64,000 bases of DNA from an uncultured Bacillota bacterium (GTDB taxonomy: Bacteria; Bacillota_I; Bacilli_A; RF39; UBA660): NCBI GenBank assembly GCA_905212975.1, contig CAJMGO010000001.1, forward strand, positions 110,650 through 174,649. The letters are read 5' to 3'. Each line of letters begins with the position of its first letter. Position 1 is the stretch's first letter. The position numbers were made by a program, and so were the translations under genes. Of this stretch, positions 39,184 through 48,538 are shown in pieces. The notes beneath the pieces were generated by a model. That model was not told the DNA's origin and ran no database searches. It saw only the letters and a list, made by a program, of their open reading frames with translations.

Positions 39184-39217
39184 TTGTGTAAAGTTTAAAT
39201 TTATTTTTTAAATGTTG

Positions 39218-39246
39218 TTGACTATAATTTTTTATAACTATATAAT
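39218..39246 (+). promoter_or_regulatory. Sigma-A-type promoter of a short transcript
   Basis: TTGACT (39218-39223), 17-nt spacer, TATAAT (39241-39246). Confidence 0.55.
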
Positions 39247-39252
39247 TATCTT

Positions 39253-39350
39253 AGCGTGAATGTATCACGCAAACTCTTTTACGAAGCTTAAATGTGAAGG
39301 AGTTAACCAAAAACCCCCTGAAGAGCCCATTTTGGGCTCATTTTTGTTTT
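39253..39350 (+). ncRNA. Candidate sRNA or leader of about 100 nt with a C-rich single-stranded motif
   Basis: A 5' hairpin GCGTGA/TCACGC (39254-39270). Unpaired AAAAACCCCCUGAA lies directly 5' of the terminator GAGCCCA/TGGGCTC (39323-39339), which is followed by a T-run. Confidence 0.35.
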
Positions 39351-39401
39351 GATTTTAATAATTTTATAGTATAATATAATTAAATTAAGGAGGAAAGGAA
39401 A

Positions 39402-39851
39402 ATGGAAATAAGTAAAATTAAAAAAACATTAATTGAACAAAAAAATATGAATTTACCTGGTAATCTTTATCATAAGACACAACTTGATTTTACTTATAAC
39501 ACTAATCATATTGAAGGATCTACAATAACTCCTGATGAAACTGCAAGTATATATGATACAGGGACAATTTTAACAAGCAAAGATAAAATTATTGTTTTAA
39601 AGGATGCCGCTGAAACAAAAAATCATTTTACTTTATTCAAATATATGTTAGGTACTATTGATGATAAATTATCTGAAGATATGATTAAAAAATTCCACTT
39701 TATTTTAAAAGATGGAACTCTAACTGATAGTGAAAAAGAATGGTTTAATGTAGGTGAATACAAAAAGAAGAAAAATTTTGTTGGTAATATTACAACATCA
39801 CTTCCAAGTGACGTAGCAAGTGATATGAAACAATGGCTAATTACTTTTTAG
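39402..39851 (+). pseudogene. Fic-family gene truncated before the catalytic motif
   Basis: It keeps the N-terminal inhibitory-helix motif TNHIEG ((S/T)xxxE(G/N)). The ORF stops at ..MKQWLITF, just where HPFxxGNGR normally follows. A strong RBS is retained. Confidence 0.5.
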
Positions 39852-39868
39852 AGGATAATGAATAATAT

Positions 39869-41080
39869 ATGAAACAAGATATAAGTAAAATAAATAGAAG
39901 TATAAAAATTTATCCTATTTTCGCATCATTTACAGGAGATTTAATATTTTTTGTACCAATTGATACACTTTTTTTAACATTGGTAAAAGGATTGAGTGCA
40001 AGTCAAATAACAGCAATGACAATGGTTTCATTAATAGTATGTATAATTCTTCAAAAGGTAATATTATCTATTGTGAAAAAAATGGGTAATGTAAATTCAT
40101 TAAGATTGGGTTCGACTATGTTATTAATTGCATCATTAATATTAACCTTTGGAAAATCGTTTATTGCTATGTTATTGTATAAAACTATACATGAATTAGC
40201 GGTTATGTTTTTAAATATGGATGAAATTGTCCTAAAGAATAATTTAAAAGCATTAGACAGAAAAGATGATTATTTTAAAATCAGAAATAAATCTAAAATC
40301 ATTTATGCAATTATAACTTTATTTACTGCATTAGTTGCTGGTCAAATGTTTAATATAAATAATTATTTACCAATGTATTTATCAATAATAATATATATAG
40401 TTGTATTAGGAACTTCATTTTTATATTATGAAGCAAAAGGTAATGATGAACTAGAGATTAATAAAGGCAAGAAAAAATTAAAAATGACATCATTAATATT
40501 TTATATATTATTATCAAATGCAATATTTTATTCAATAATAAAAATGGGACAAAATAATAGCAAATTGTTTATGCAATATGATTTTCAAAAATTTTTATCA
40601 ATTGAAATGGTAACATACTACATTACAACAATAGTATTTTTATCAAGAATAGTGAGATTAGTTGGTAATGTAATATTTGGAAAATTATACATAAAAATAA
40701 AAGATAAAATGAGCGTTATTTTAACTATATGTTTGGCATTATCATTTTTATTATTAATTACTGGACATTTTGTAGATTCAAATTTTGTCTGTAAGGTAAT
40801 AATTATGTCTTTTGGCTTTTTCTTAATATTAGCAATAAGAGATTCTTTTCAAACATATATAGAAGATGTTGCACTAACTATATCTAATAAAGAAGAACAA
40901 CAAGAAATTATTATTAAAATTGAAGTGTATAGAAGATTGGGAACATTAATATTAAGTACTATTTTTACATTAATATTATTAAAATATGAATTAATAGTAA
41001 TAGAAATAATATTGTTAATATTAAGTATCATAGAAATATATATTAACAAAAAATTATGCGATAAAATTGCAACTACATAA
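39869..41080 (+). CDS. MFS-like polytopic membrane transporter
   Basis: 403 aa with roughly 10-12 hydrophobic helices. There is no specific signature. Confidence 0.5.
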   Translation: MKQDISKINRSIKIYPIFASFTGDLIFFVPIDTLFLTLVKGLSASQITAMTMVSLIVCIILQKVILSIVKKMGNVNSLRLGSTMLLIASLILTFGKSFIAMLLYKTIHELAVMFLNMDEIVLKNNLKALDRKDDYFKIRNKSKIIYAIITLFTALVAGQMFNINNYLPMYLSIIIYIVVLGTSFLYYEAKGNDELEINKGKKKLKMTSLIFYILLSNAIFYSIIKMGQNNSKLFMQYDFQKFLSIEMVTYYITTIVFLSRIVRLVGNVIFGKLYIKIKDKMSVILTICLALSFLLLITGHFVDSNFVCKVIIMSFGFFLILAIRDSFQTYIEDVALTISNKEEQQEIIIKIEVYRRLGTLILSTIFTLILLKYELIVIEIILLILSIIEIYINKKLCDKIATT

Positions 41081-41318
41081 GTGTTTAAATTATTTATAAT
41101 AACTAAAATATTAACCACCCATTCAACCACCAAAATGTGAGATTTTTATTTTAAAGGTGTAAACTTATTTAAACTTTTGTAAATTAAAACCCTTTGAAAA
41201 TAAAGGGTTTGCTAATATAAAATAATTTAGAGTACGTGATATAAGTTTGCCCCCTGAAATCCCGTCTATATGGCGGGATACTTTGTTTATAAGGGATTTT
41301 TAACCATTTTGGATTTAT

Positions 41319-41359
41319 CTAGATACCACACTAGATACCAAATATTAGTTTTTAGATAC
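41319..41359 (+). repeat. Three direct copies of TAGATAC(C/T), a possible recombinase arm site or operator
   Basis: CTAGATACC at 41319-41327 and 41331-41339, and TAGATAC at 41353-41359, all in a 450-nt non-coding junction. Confidence 0.4.
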
Positions 41360-41531
41360 TAAATTATATTTTAATTAAATTTTATTTAAATACTTAGATT
41401 TAAATTATCTATGGTATTTTTATTTTGATAAAGAAAATAGATATATTTTTAAAAATATGATAAAATTAAAGTGTAATTCATAATCAAAATAGGATATTGA
41501 TGATCTATGTAAAATTGCAGAAACTTTAGAT

Positions 41532-41885
41532 ATGTCATTACAAAAACTATTGAAGGCTGCAGGTTATGATGAAATGTCTTTATATTTTCATGCTCATAAA
41601 AATAAAGATAAATATGCTGATAAGTCTAGTAAAGATTTAAAAGAATTAATTGAACAATATAAAGAATCGAAAACTGATTTATTACAATTTGATTTTACAA
41701 AAAGAGAGAAAGCAAGAGAAGCAGGATTTATCATATTTAAGGTAGCAGAACATTTAAAATTACTTAAAGAAGGTAAAAGTGAATACACCTTAAAACAAGC
41801 AGTAGAAGAATTAAATAAAGTACAAGAATTACTTAATCCAGTTATGGATAAATATGATTATAGTAAATTACCGAAAAGTGATTAA
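41532..41885 (+). CDS. Hypothetical protein, probably the remnant of a 5'-truncated XRE-family regulator
   Basis: The frame is open from 41493 and reads DIDDLCKIAETLDMSLQKLLKAAGY. That is the last helices of an HTH_XRE domain without its N-terminal half. Confidence 0.4.
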   Translation: MSLQKLLKAAGYDEMSLYFHAHKNKDKYADKSSKDLKELIEQYKESKTDLLQFDFTKREKAREAGFIIFKVAEHLKLLKEGKSEYTLKQAVEELNKVQELLNPVMDKYDYSKLPKSD

Positions 41886-41908
41886 TGCAAGAAAGTAGGT
41901 ATAAAAAT

Positions 41909-42436
41909 ATGAAAGTGTATATAGTAAGACATGGACAAGTTCCTCATAACACTTTAAAACAATATAATAACCAAAATGAAGATTTAACAGAAGTAGGAAT
42001 AAAACAAGCAGAGAAATTAAAAGAAAAAATTAAAAATATTGATTACGATATTATTATAAGTTCTCCACTTGTAAGAGCCATACATACAGCAGAAATAATT
42101 AATATAAATAATAAAGAAATTATAATAGATAATAGACTTGAAGAGAGAAATCCAGGAAGTTTAAGTGGACAACCTTTAGAAGTCACAAATAGGGAAGAAT
42201 ATTGGAATTATAATACTGAAATCCAATACGGAACATCAGAAAACATAAAAGATTTCGTTAAAAGGGTTTATGACTTTTTAGATGAATTAAAAATAAAAGA
42301 TTATGAAAGTGTATTAATAGTAGCACATAGTGGAGTATCAAAGGCATTCAGCGGATATTTTGAGGGAATACAAGATGGAAAGTTCTTAAATAGAGGACTT
42401 AAAAATTGTGAAATAAAGGAGTACGAACTAAATTAG
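41909..42436 (+). CDS. Histidine phosphatase family (phosphoglycerate-mutase-like) protein
   Basis: VYIVRHGQ (RHG motif), SSPLVRAIHTA and VAHSG. An alternative start exists at 41885. Confidence 0.8.
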   Translation: MKVYIVRHGQVPHNTLKQYNNQNEDLTEVGIKQAEKLKEKIKNIDYDIIISSPLVRAIHTAEIININNKEIIIDNRLEERNPGSLSGQPLEVTNREEYWNYNTEIQYGTSENIKDFVKRVYDFLDELKIKDYESVLIVAHSGVSKAFSGYFEGIQDGKFLNRGLKNCEIKEYELN

Positions 42437-42448
42437 GAGGGTAGTATT

Positions 42449-43261
42449 ATGCAAAGGTTTAATTATCATATTCATACATATAGATGTGGTCATGCAGATA
42501 ACAATATGTCTGATGAAGATTTTGTAAAACTTTTTGTAAAAAAAGGATTTAACAAGATAGCATTTACGGATCATTGTCCAGAAAAAGAAATAATAGATAA
42601 TAGAAAAAATATGAGAATGAAATACAGCGAAAAAGATGAATATTTAAGTAGTGTAAAAGAATTAAAAGAAAAATATAAAGATATAATTGATATTGAAACA
42701 GGATTTGAAATAGAATATCTTCCTGGGCAAGAAGAAAACTTGTTAGAATTAAAAAATGAAACTGATAAAATAATTTTGGGGCAACATTTTATATATGATG
42801 AAAATAACGAGATAAAATTTTTAAGAAGAAAAAAATATACAGATGAAGATGCTTTAAAGTATGCAGAATATATAAAAATAGCAATTGAAAAAAATATACC
42901 AGATATAATAGCACATCCTGATGTATATATGTTAAGTAGAGATACTTATACAGAAGTAGATGAAAAGGTTGCACATATAATTTGTTCAGCAGCAGAAAAA
43001 TATGGAATACCAATAGAAATTAATTTATCTCATCCTAATGAATGTATAATAGGAAAAAGAGATAATATTGTTTATCCTTGCAAAGAATTTTGGAAAGTAG
43101 CCTCAGAATATAGAAATTTAAAGGTATTATATGGAGTAGATGCTCATTGGGATTATCAAATTTTGAATTATGAAACAGCAATTGAAGTTGCTAATAAACA
43201 TATAGGAATGGATATTATAAATCAATTAAATTTTTGTAATGAAGAATTAGAGGTAGAATAG
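42449..43261 (+). CDS. PHP-domain phosphatase (HisJ-like histidinol-phosphatase family)
   Basis: HIHTYRCGHA, FTDH and IAHPD motifs. Confidence 0.75.
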   Translation: MQRFNYHIHTYRCGHADNNMSDEDFVKLFVKKGFNKIAFTDHCPEKEIIDNRKNMRMKYSEKDEYLSSVKELKEKYKDIIDIETGFEIEYLPGQEENLLELKNETDKIILGQHFIYDENNEIKFLRRKKYTDEDALKYAEYIKIAIEKNIPDIIAHPDVYMLSRDTYTEVDEKVAHIICSAAEKYGIPIEINLSHPNECIIGKRDNIVYPCKEFWKVASEYRNLKVLYGVDAHWDYQILNYETAIEVANKHIGMDIINQLNFCNEELEVE

Positions 43262-43268
43262 GAGAAAA

Positions 43269-44438
43269 ATGAAACAATATTTCAATAATAAAAATTATAG
43301 AATGTTATATTATGATAGTTTTTTTAAGACATTTGCTAATGGAATATATTCAGTATTTACACCTGTTATTTTATACAAATCTGGTGTAAGTATAACAATG
43401 ATTATTTTCATTTATATGATTCAATTTTTAACTATGGGGCTATTTACACCGCTTGCTGGTACGCTATCTAAAAAAATAGGATTGGCTAATACTAAACTAT
43501 TAAGTTACATTTTAAAGAGTATAAGTATGTTTTTAGTTTTAAATGTTGAGAAAAACATAATACATTATTTAGGAATTGCAATAATATATGGATTTAGCGG
43601 GGCAGCTAATAATCCACTTAATACATATATCCCAAGTAAAATTGTAAAAGAAAATTTTAGAGGAAGATTCAATTCATTTACATATATTTTAAGATGTTTT
43701 TAAAGCATAATAGGATATATATTGGCAGGAATATTTTTAATAAAAGACAATAATTTAGCAATTATAATTTTAGTAACTTTTTCATATTTGATTGCGTATT
43801 TAGCATTATTAAATTTAGATAAATCAAATTTGAGTTATGAAATAAAATCATCTTTTAAAGAAAGTTATAAATATTTATTTAATAAAAATGAAAATAAATC
43901 ATTGAAGAAAGTAAGTGGGTTACGCTCTTTTATAATACTGGAAAGATTAATTGCTGTTCCATTATATTTATATATTTCAATAATGGATTTAAAAACTTTT
44001 ACATCATTATATGTGATTTCAACAATTATAGAATTATTGAGTTTATTTATTAGTGGCAATACTTTTGATAAGGACAAACAAAGAACTTTTAATATTATTT
44101 CTATAATTAAAGGTTTAATAACTGCAATATTTATATTTGCAAAAAATACATATATTTTAATGATAAATCAATCACTATATAAATTAGTTGATAATGTATA
44201 TGATTCTTCATATTCAGCATTGTCACAAAGTAAAGTTGAAACAGACAAAAAAGATACGATGTTACTTTCAATGATTCACGAAATGTGTTTATGTTTCTAT
44301 GAGTTTATAGTGTTATTTATTTTAATGTTGATAAGTTTAATAAATGTTAATTTTACTTTTAAAGTGATGTTTATAGGCTCAATAATTATTTTATTTATAA
44401 CTGCAAGATTAGTGAAAAAATGGAATGTAGAAAATTAA
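43269..44438 (+). pseudogene. MFS-like transporter interrupted by one in-frame TAA (43701-43703)
   Basis: ORFs 43269..43703 and 43722..44438 are in the same frame. The junction reads ..YILRCF*SIIGYILAGIFL.., a continuous TM helix. Confidence 0.55.
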
Positions 44439-44497
44439 ATTAAATGATATTTAATTAGGTATGGACAAAGTAATTGTGAAATTAAGGAGTATGAATT

Positions 44498-45160
44498 ATG
44501 AAAGAAAAATTTAAAGATTTAACAATAGAAGAAAAAGAAGAAAAATTTAATGGATTAATAAATTATGCAAATAAAATTAAAAATAAATCATTAAGAAATG
44601 TATGCATTAATATATTGAATGATTTTAAAGAAGAATTATCATGTCGTGGTGCAGGTCATGACGGAATAGAAAAATTTAAATATAATAGAACACATCAATG
44701 TTTTGATGGCGGTTTATTAGACCATTTATTAAATGTTACAAAAATATCATATAACATAGCATTAACATACGAGAAAGATGTTGATATTGATTTAATTTTG
44801 TTCGGTGCAATCTTGCACGATTTAGGTAAAATAAAAATATTTGATAAATATGATAAAGACAATGAAATTCATTCTAATTTGAATTATAATTATCTACTTG
44901 TCGACCATGTTTATATAGGTGAAAAAATTGTGGAAGAATATTTGTCTAAAGAAGATATTTCAGATAAATTAAAATATCAAGCCCTTCATATAATTGCAAC
45001 TCATATGGATACTTTAGATAAGCATATGGCTGAGGCTTATATTGTTAGTTATGCTGATGAAATAGATGCGTATATTGAAAATATAATAAGTTACCCACGA
45101 AATTCTATAAATCCATTATTTAATACCTATTTTTATGAAAGCGATAATAGTGATAAATAA
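44498..45160 (+). CDS. HD-domain protein
   Basis: GGLLDHLLNV and GAILHDLGK motifs. Confidence 0.65.
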   Translation: MKEKFKDLTIEEKEEKFNGLINYANKIKNKSLRNVCINILNDFKEELSCRGAGHDGIEKFKYNRTHQCFDGGLLDHLLNVTKISYNIALTYEKDVDIDLILFGAILHDLGKIKIFDKYDKDNEIHSNLNYNYLLVDHVYIGEKIVEEYLSKEDISDKLKYQALHIIATHMDTLDKHMAEAYIVSYADEIDAYIENIISYPRNSINPLFNTYFYESDNSDK

Positions 45161-45196
45161 TTGTGAAATAAAGATATATGAACTGTAGGTGGTAAT

Positions 45197-45757
45197 ATGA
45201 ATTTTAATTATGTTGATTTTCTATCATCCAGTGATAAAAAATCTATAAAAAAATTGTATTATGAATCATTCGATAAAGAGGAAAGATTTCCATTTTGGTT
45301 AATAAAGAAATGTTCTAAAGAAAAGAATGTAAAGTTTAATGTAATATATAACAAAGATAAAGTAGTTGGTTTTCAATACATTATTGAGTATGATAATATT
45401 GCTTATTTAATGTATTTTGCCATTGAAAAAAATCAAAGAAATAATGGATATGGCTCAGAAATATTAAAAAAATTAAATAGAAGTTATAAAAATATTTTAT
45501 TGTGTATTGAAAAAGCAAATGAACAAGTATCCGATATTAAGTATAAAAGAAAACAATTTTATTTAATAAATGGATTTGTTGGTACTAATAAGTACATTGT
45601 TGATAATAATGTTGAATATGAATTATTGAGTAATAATAGTAATTTAAATATAACTAAAGAAATATTAGAAAAAAGATATACAATGATGACAAGTTCCAAA
45701 ATATTAAGATTTATAATAAGTAAAATCTTTAATGTTTATAATATTAAATTGAAGTAG
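45197..45757 (+). CDS. GNAT family acetyltransferase
   Basis: FAIEKNQRNNGYGSEILKKL (Q/RxxGxG motif). Confidence 0.7.
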   Translation: MNFNYVDFLSSSDKKSIKKLYYESFDKEERFPFWLIKKCSKEKNVKFNVIYNKDKVVGFQYIIEYDNIAYLMYFAIEKNQRNNGYGSEILKKLNRSYKNILLCIEKANEQVSDIKYKRKQFYLINGFVGTNKYIVDNNVEYELLSNNSNLNITKEILEKRYTMMTSSKILRFIISKIFNVYNIKLK

Positions 45758-45765
45758 GTGAATTT

Positions 45766-46398
45766 ATGAATAAAGTATTTTTATATTTATATCCAATTGA
45801 AGAGTACACTAAAGTGTTCGATTTAGGGAATGAATATTATGATGAAATTGGTGTTAGAAGACCTTTAGATGTCTTAAATCAAGCAATTCAAAAAAGATAT
45901 AGAGATAATGGGTATCAAATTGTATATGCAATTTATCCAGATAAAGAGATTTATGGTATATTACCACAGTCAAATGATAAAATAGTATATACTGACATTA
46001 CATTTGCTAAGGCAAGTGGATATAACCAAGATGGAAGTGAAAAAACGATTGATGATGTTGTATATCCAAACGAACAATATATTTTAGAACAATTAGGAAA
46101 TGTAGATGAGTTAGTAATTGGTGGATATCATTTTCAAGATTGTTGTAAACGAGTTGGAGAAGTAGCATTAGCAAATGGTGTAAACACAATAATAGATTTA
46201 GATATGACAGATTTATTTTTTAATTTATATAGACAAGAAGAATATTTTAATATAGATTCATATGATCCAGCTAGATTTAAAGAATATATGATGAATAAAA
46301 TGAGTAGATATGGAGATGAATTTTCTGAAAGATTGTTTAATAGAAATTATCAAAGTAAAGCATATGGTTTTGGGAAATTTAATAAAAAACAAAAATAG
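45766..46398 (+). CDS. Hypothetical protein, weakly isochorismatase/cysteine-hydrolase-like
   Basis: ELVIGGYHFQDCCKRVGEVALANG resembles the hhhxGxxxxxC strand-helix of isochorismatase-like hydrolases. No other motif was verified. Confidence 0.35.
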   Translation: MNKVFLYLYPIEEYTKVFDLGNEYYDEIGVRRPLDVLNQAIQKRYRDNGYQIVYAIYPDKEIYGILPQSNDKIVYTDITFAKASGYNQDGSEKTIDDVVYPNEQYILEQLGNVDELVIGGYHFQDCCKRVGEVALANGVNTIIDLDMTDLFFNLYRQEEYFNIDSYDPARFKEYMMNKMSRYGDEFSERLFNRNYQSKAYGFGKFNKKQK

Positions 46399-46481
46399 AA
46401 TATTTATAGATAAGTGTAGCGAATAATTTTTGAAAATTTAAATTATAGTGTATAATAAATACCAATCAGGGTGGTGAGTTT

Positions 46482-47210
46482 ATGAGTGGTTTAAAAATAT
46501 TATTAAATGATATAAATAACATATATCAATTATCATACTGTATAATATATTATAAAAATTTAGAACAAAATGATAAAATAGAAGAGTGTAATAATAAAAT
46601 CCAAAATATTTATAATAAATACAATATTAATAATATAAATGAATTAATATTGATAATTGGAGAATTTGTAAAAAATATTGAAATAATAAAAGATGCAGAA
46701 TTAGTAAGATTATTGATATTTGTGATTTTAGATTCTAAAAAAAGAAAAGTATTAGATTATAATGATGAAATATTAAAAAATATTTATAAGTATATTATAG
46801 AAAATGGATTATATGATCCAAATTGGAATATTGGAACATCAAGTGAACCATTATTTGCAATGCTACCTAATTCAAGTGATTTATATAGCGTAAATATGCT
46901 TGTATTTAATAATGAATTAATTGACTGGAATATACTTAACAATGGTACTGATGCTTTTATCTCTTTTGTATATGGTTATTTAAATTCAAGTTCAGATGTT
47001 GAACAATCATATTATTTAGAAATAATCAATAGTGCTATTAATAGGGTTGATTTTGATAGTACTAAAAGATATAAATCCAGTCAAAAAAAAGTTTGTTATG
47101 AAACAATGTCTATTAATGAAAGTTTAGAAAAACTTTATAATAACCATCCATCGATTACCTCTATTTTAAATTTGGTAGCACAAAAGGTTAAAACAAAAAA
47201 TATAATTTGA
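46482..47210 (+). CDS. Hypothetical protein
   Basis: 242-aa ORF with RBS gggtggtgagtttATG. No recognisable motif. Confidence 0.5.
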   Translation: MSGLKILLNDINNIYQLSYCIIYYKNLEQNDKIEECNNKIQNIYNKYNINNINELILIIGEFVKNIEIIKDAELVRLLIFVILDSKKRKVLDYNDEILKNIYKYIIENGLYDPNWNIGTSSEPLFAMLPNSSDLYSVNMLVFNNELIDWNILNNGTDAFISFVYGYLNSSSDVEQSYYLEIINSAINRVDFDSTKRYKSSQKKVCYETMSINESLEKLYNNHPSITSILNLVAQKVKTKNII

Positions 47211-47289
47211 TACTAATACTTATCATTTTAGTGTTAAATTTAGAAAATACATTTACTTTTAAATAAAAAAATATAAAATATTGAAATAT

Positions 47290-47450
47290 CAGATTGATAA
47301 CCAATTAGAGAAAGATTATATATGCAATAAATGTCATAAAATGGGAATTTTTAATATAGAAATTAATTGGTCAGAAAAGGATAAAAATAAGAGTATTATT
47401 AACATAAGTAGGTTAAAAAATAATCAAGGTATAGGAATATACCTTTTTTT
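47290..47450 (+). repeat. Diverged, expanded copy of the 3' flank of tRNA-Leu, including its terminator hairpin
   Basis: Three collinear blocks are shared with 25278-25357. They are CAGATTGATA (47290-47299), ATTATTAACAT, and ATCAAGGTATAGgAATATACCTT (47423-47445, one mismatch in 23). Confidence 0.5.
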
Positions 47451-47477
47451 CATGTATAATAAATAAAGGTGGTAGTA

Positions 47478-48536
47478 ATGAGAATAGGAATAGATATAGA
47501 TGATACTATGACTAACATAAAAGATAAACTCACAAATGCTGCAATACAGTATGCTAAAAGTTTAAATAAAGATGTACAAAATATAGATTATAATATTGTT
47601 GATATATATAACAATGGAAATATTTATCAAAAATTATTTAATTTTAATTATGAAGAATTAAAGTATTTTTTAGGAACAATACAAGAAGAAATAACTGATA
47701 ATGCTTTTCCAAGAGAAAATTGTGTTGAAGTAATAAATAAGTTACATAATGATGGTAATGAAATATATATAATTACTGCAAGAGATAAAGAATTTCATGA
47801 AGATCCATATTTACAAAGTAAGGAATGGCTTGAAAAAAATTCAATTTACTATGATAAATTAATTGTTAATGCCAGAGATAAAGGACAAGCATGTATAGAA
47901 AATAATATTGACTTATTAATTGATGATAGTATAAGTAATTGCTTAAATGTTGATAATTTGGGAATTGATACTATAATTATTGGAAATAAAAATGATAGAG
48001 GAATAAAAAACATTAATAATTGGCAAGAAATATATGAATATATAGAAAATCATAATATAATTAAGATTATTCAATATCAAGAAAAATATAAAGATGAAAT
48101 ATGTTCATTTATTAATGAATGTATGCATAACTTTATAGGTAGACCTTATAAAGAAAGATTAGATGTATCTAATATAGAAGAATATTACATAAAAAATAAT
48201 GGTAATTTTTGGTTATCAATAGATGTAAAGAGTGATAAAATAGTTGGAAGTATTGCTATTGAAAATAGAGATAAATATGGAATACTAAAAAGATTTTATG
48301 TGGATAAAGAATTTCAAAAACTAGGAATAGGTAATCGTCTTTATAAAACATTTTATAATTATGTAAAAGAGAAAACTAACATAGAAGAAATAGATCTTGC
48401 TTGTGGCAAAATTTTAAAAGAAGCACATAAATTTTATATTAAAAATAATTTTGAACAAGTTGAAAGTTTACCTATAAGTATGCATTATGCAGACGATGAT
48501 GATTTTTTTGTAAAAAAAGTAGATAGAGGAGAATAG
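47478..48536 (+). CDS. Fusion of an HAD-type (NT5C-like) nucleotidase domain and a GNAT acetyltransferase domain
   Basis: N-terminal IGIDIDDTMT (DxDxT) and LLIDD. C-terminal FYVDKEFQKLGIGNRLYKTF. Confidence 0.65.
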   Translation: MRIGIDIDDTMTNIKDKLTNAAIQYAKSLNKDVQNIDYNIVDIYNNGNIYQKLFNFNYEELKYFLGTIQEEITDNAFPRENCVEVINKLHNDGNEIYIITARDKEFHEDPYLQSKEWLEKNSIYYDKLIVNARDKGQACIENNIDLLIDDSISNCLNVDNLGIDTIIIGNKNDRGIKNINNWQEIYEYIENHNIIKIIQYQEKYKDEICSFINECMHNFIGRPYKERLDVSNIEEYYIKNNGNFWLSIDVKSDKIVGSIAIENRDKYGILKRFYVDKEFQKLGIGNRLYKTFYNYVKEKTNIEEIDLACGKILKEAHKFYIKNNFEQVESLPISMHYADDDDFFVKKVDRGE

Positions 48537-48538
48537 CA

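Noticed and set aside
41311-41349. Reading the TAGATACC and TTAGGTACA repeats as coding remnants (..LDTTLDTKY* and ..LGT..LGTRILKNHGK*), that is, C-terminal tails of lost integrase-like genes
   Set aside because: I only vaguely recall such tandem peptide tails. The 62.1-kb copy would need a frameshift, and a third DNA-level copy at 41353 falls outside the putative frame. The sites were kept as DNA repeats, but the coding-remnant idea is not excluded.
47281-47466. 61-aa ORF with a TTG start
   Set aside because: It lies wholly within the non-coding repeat related to the tRNA-Leu flank, has no RBS, and reads through a terminator hairpin.
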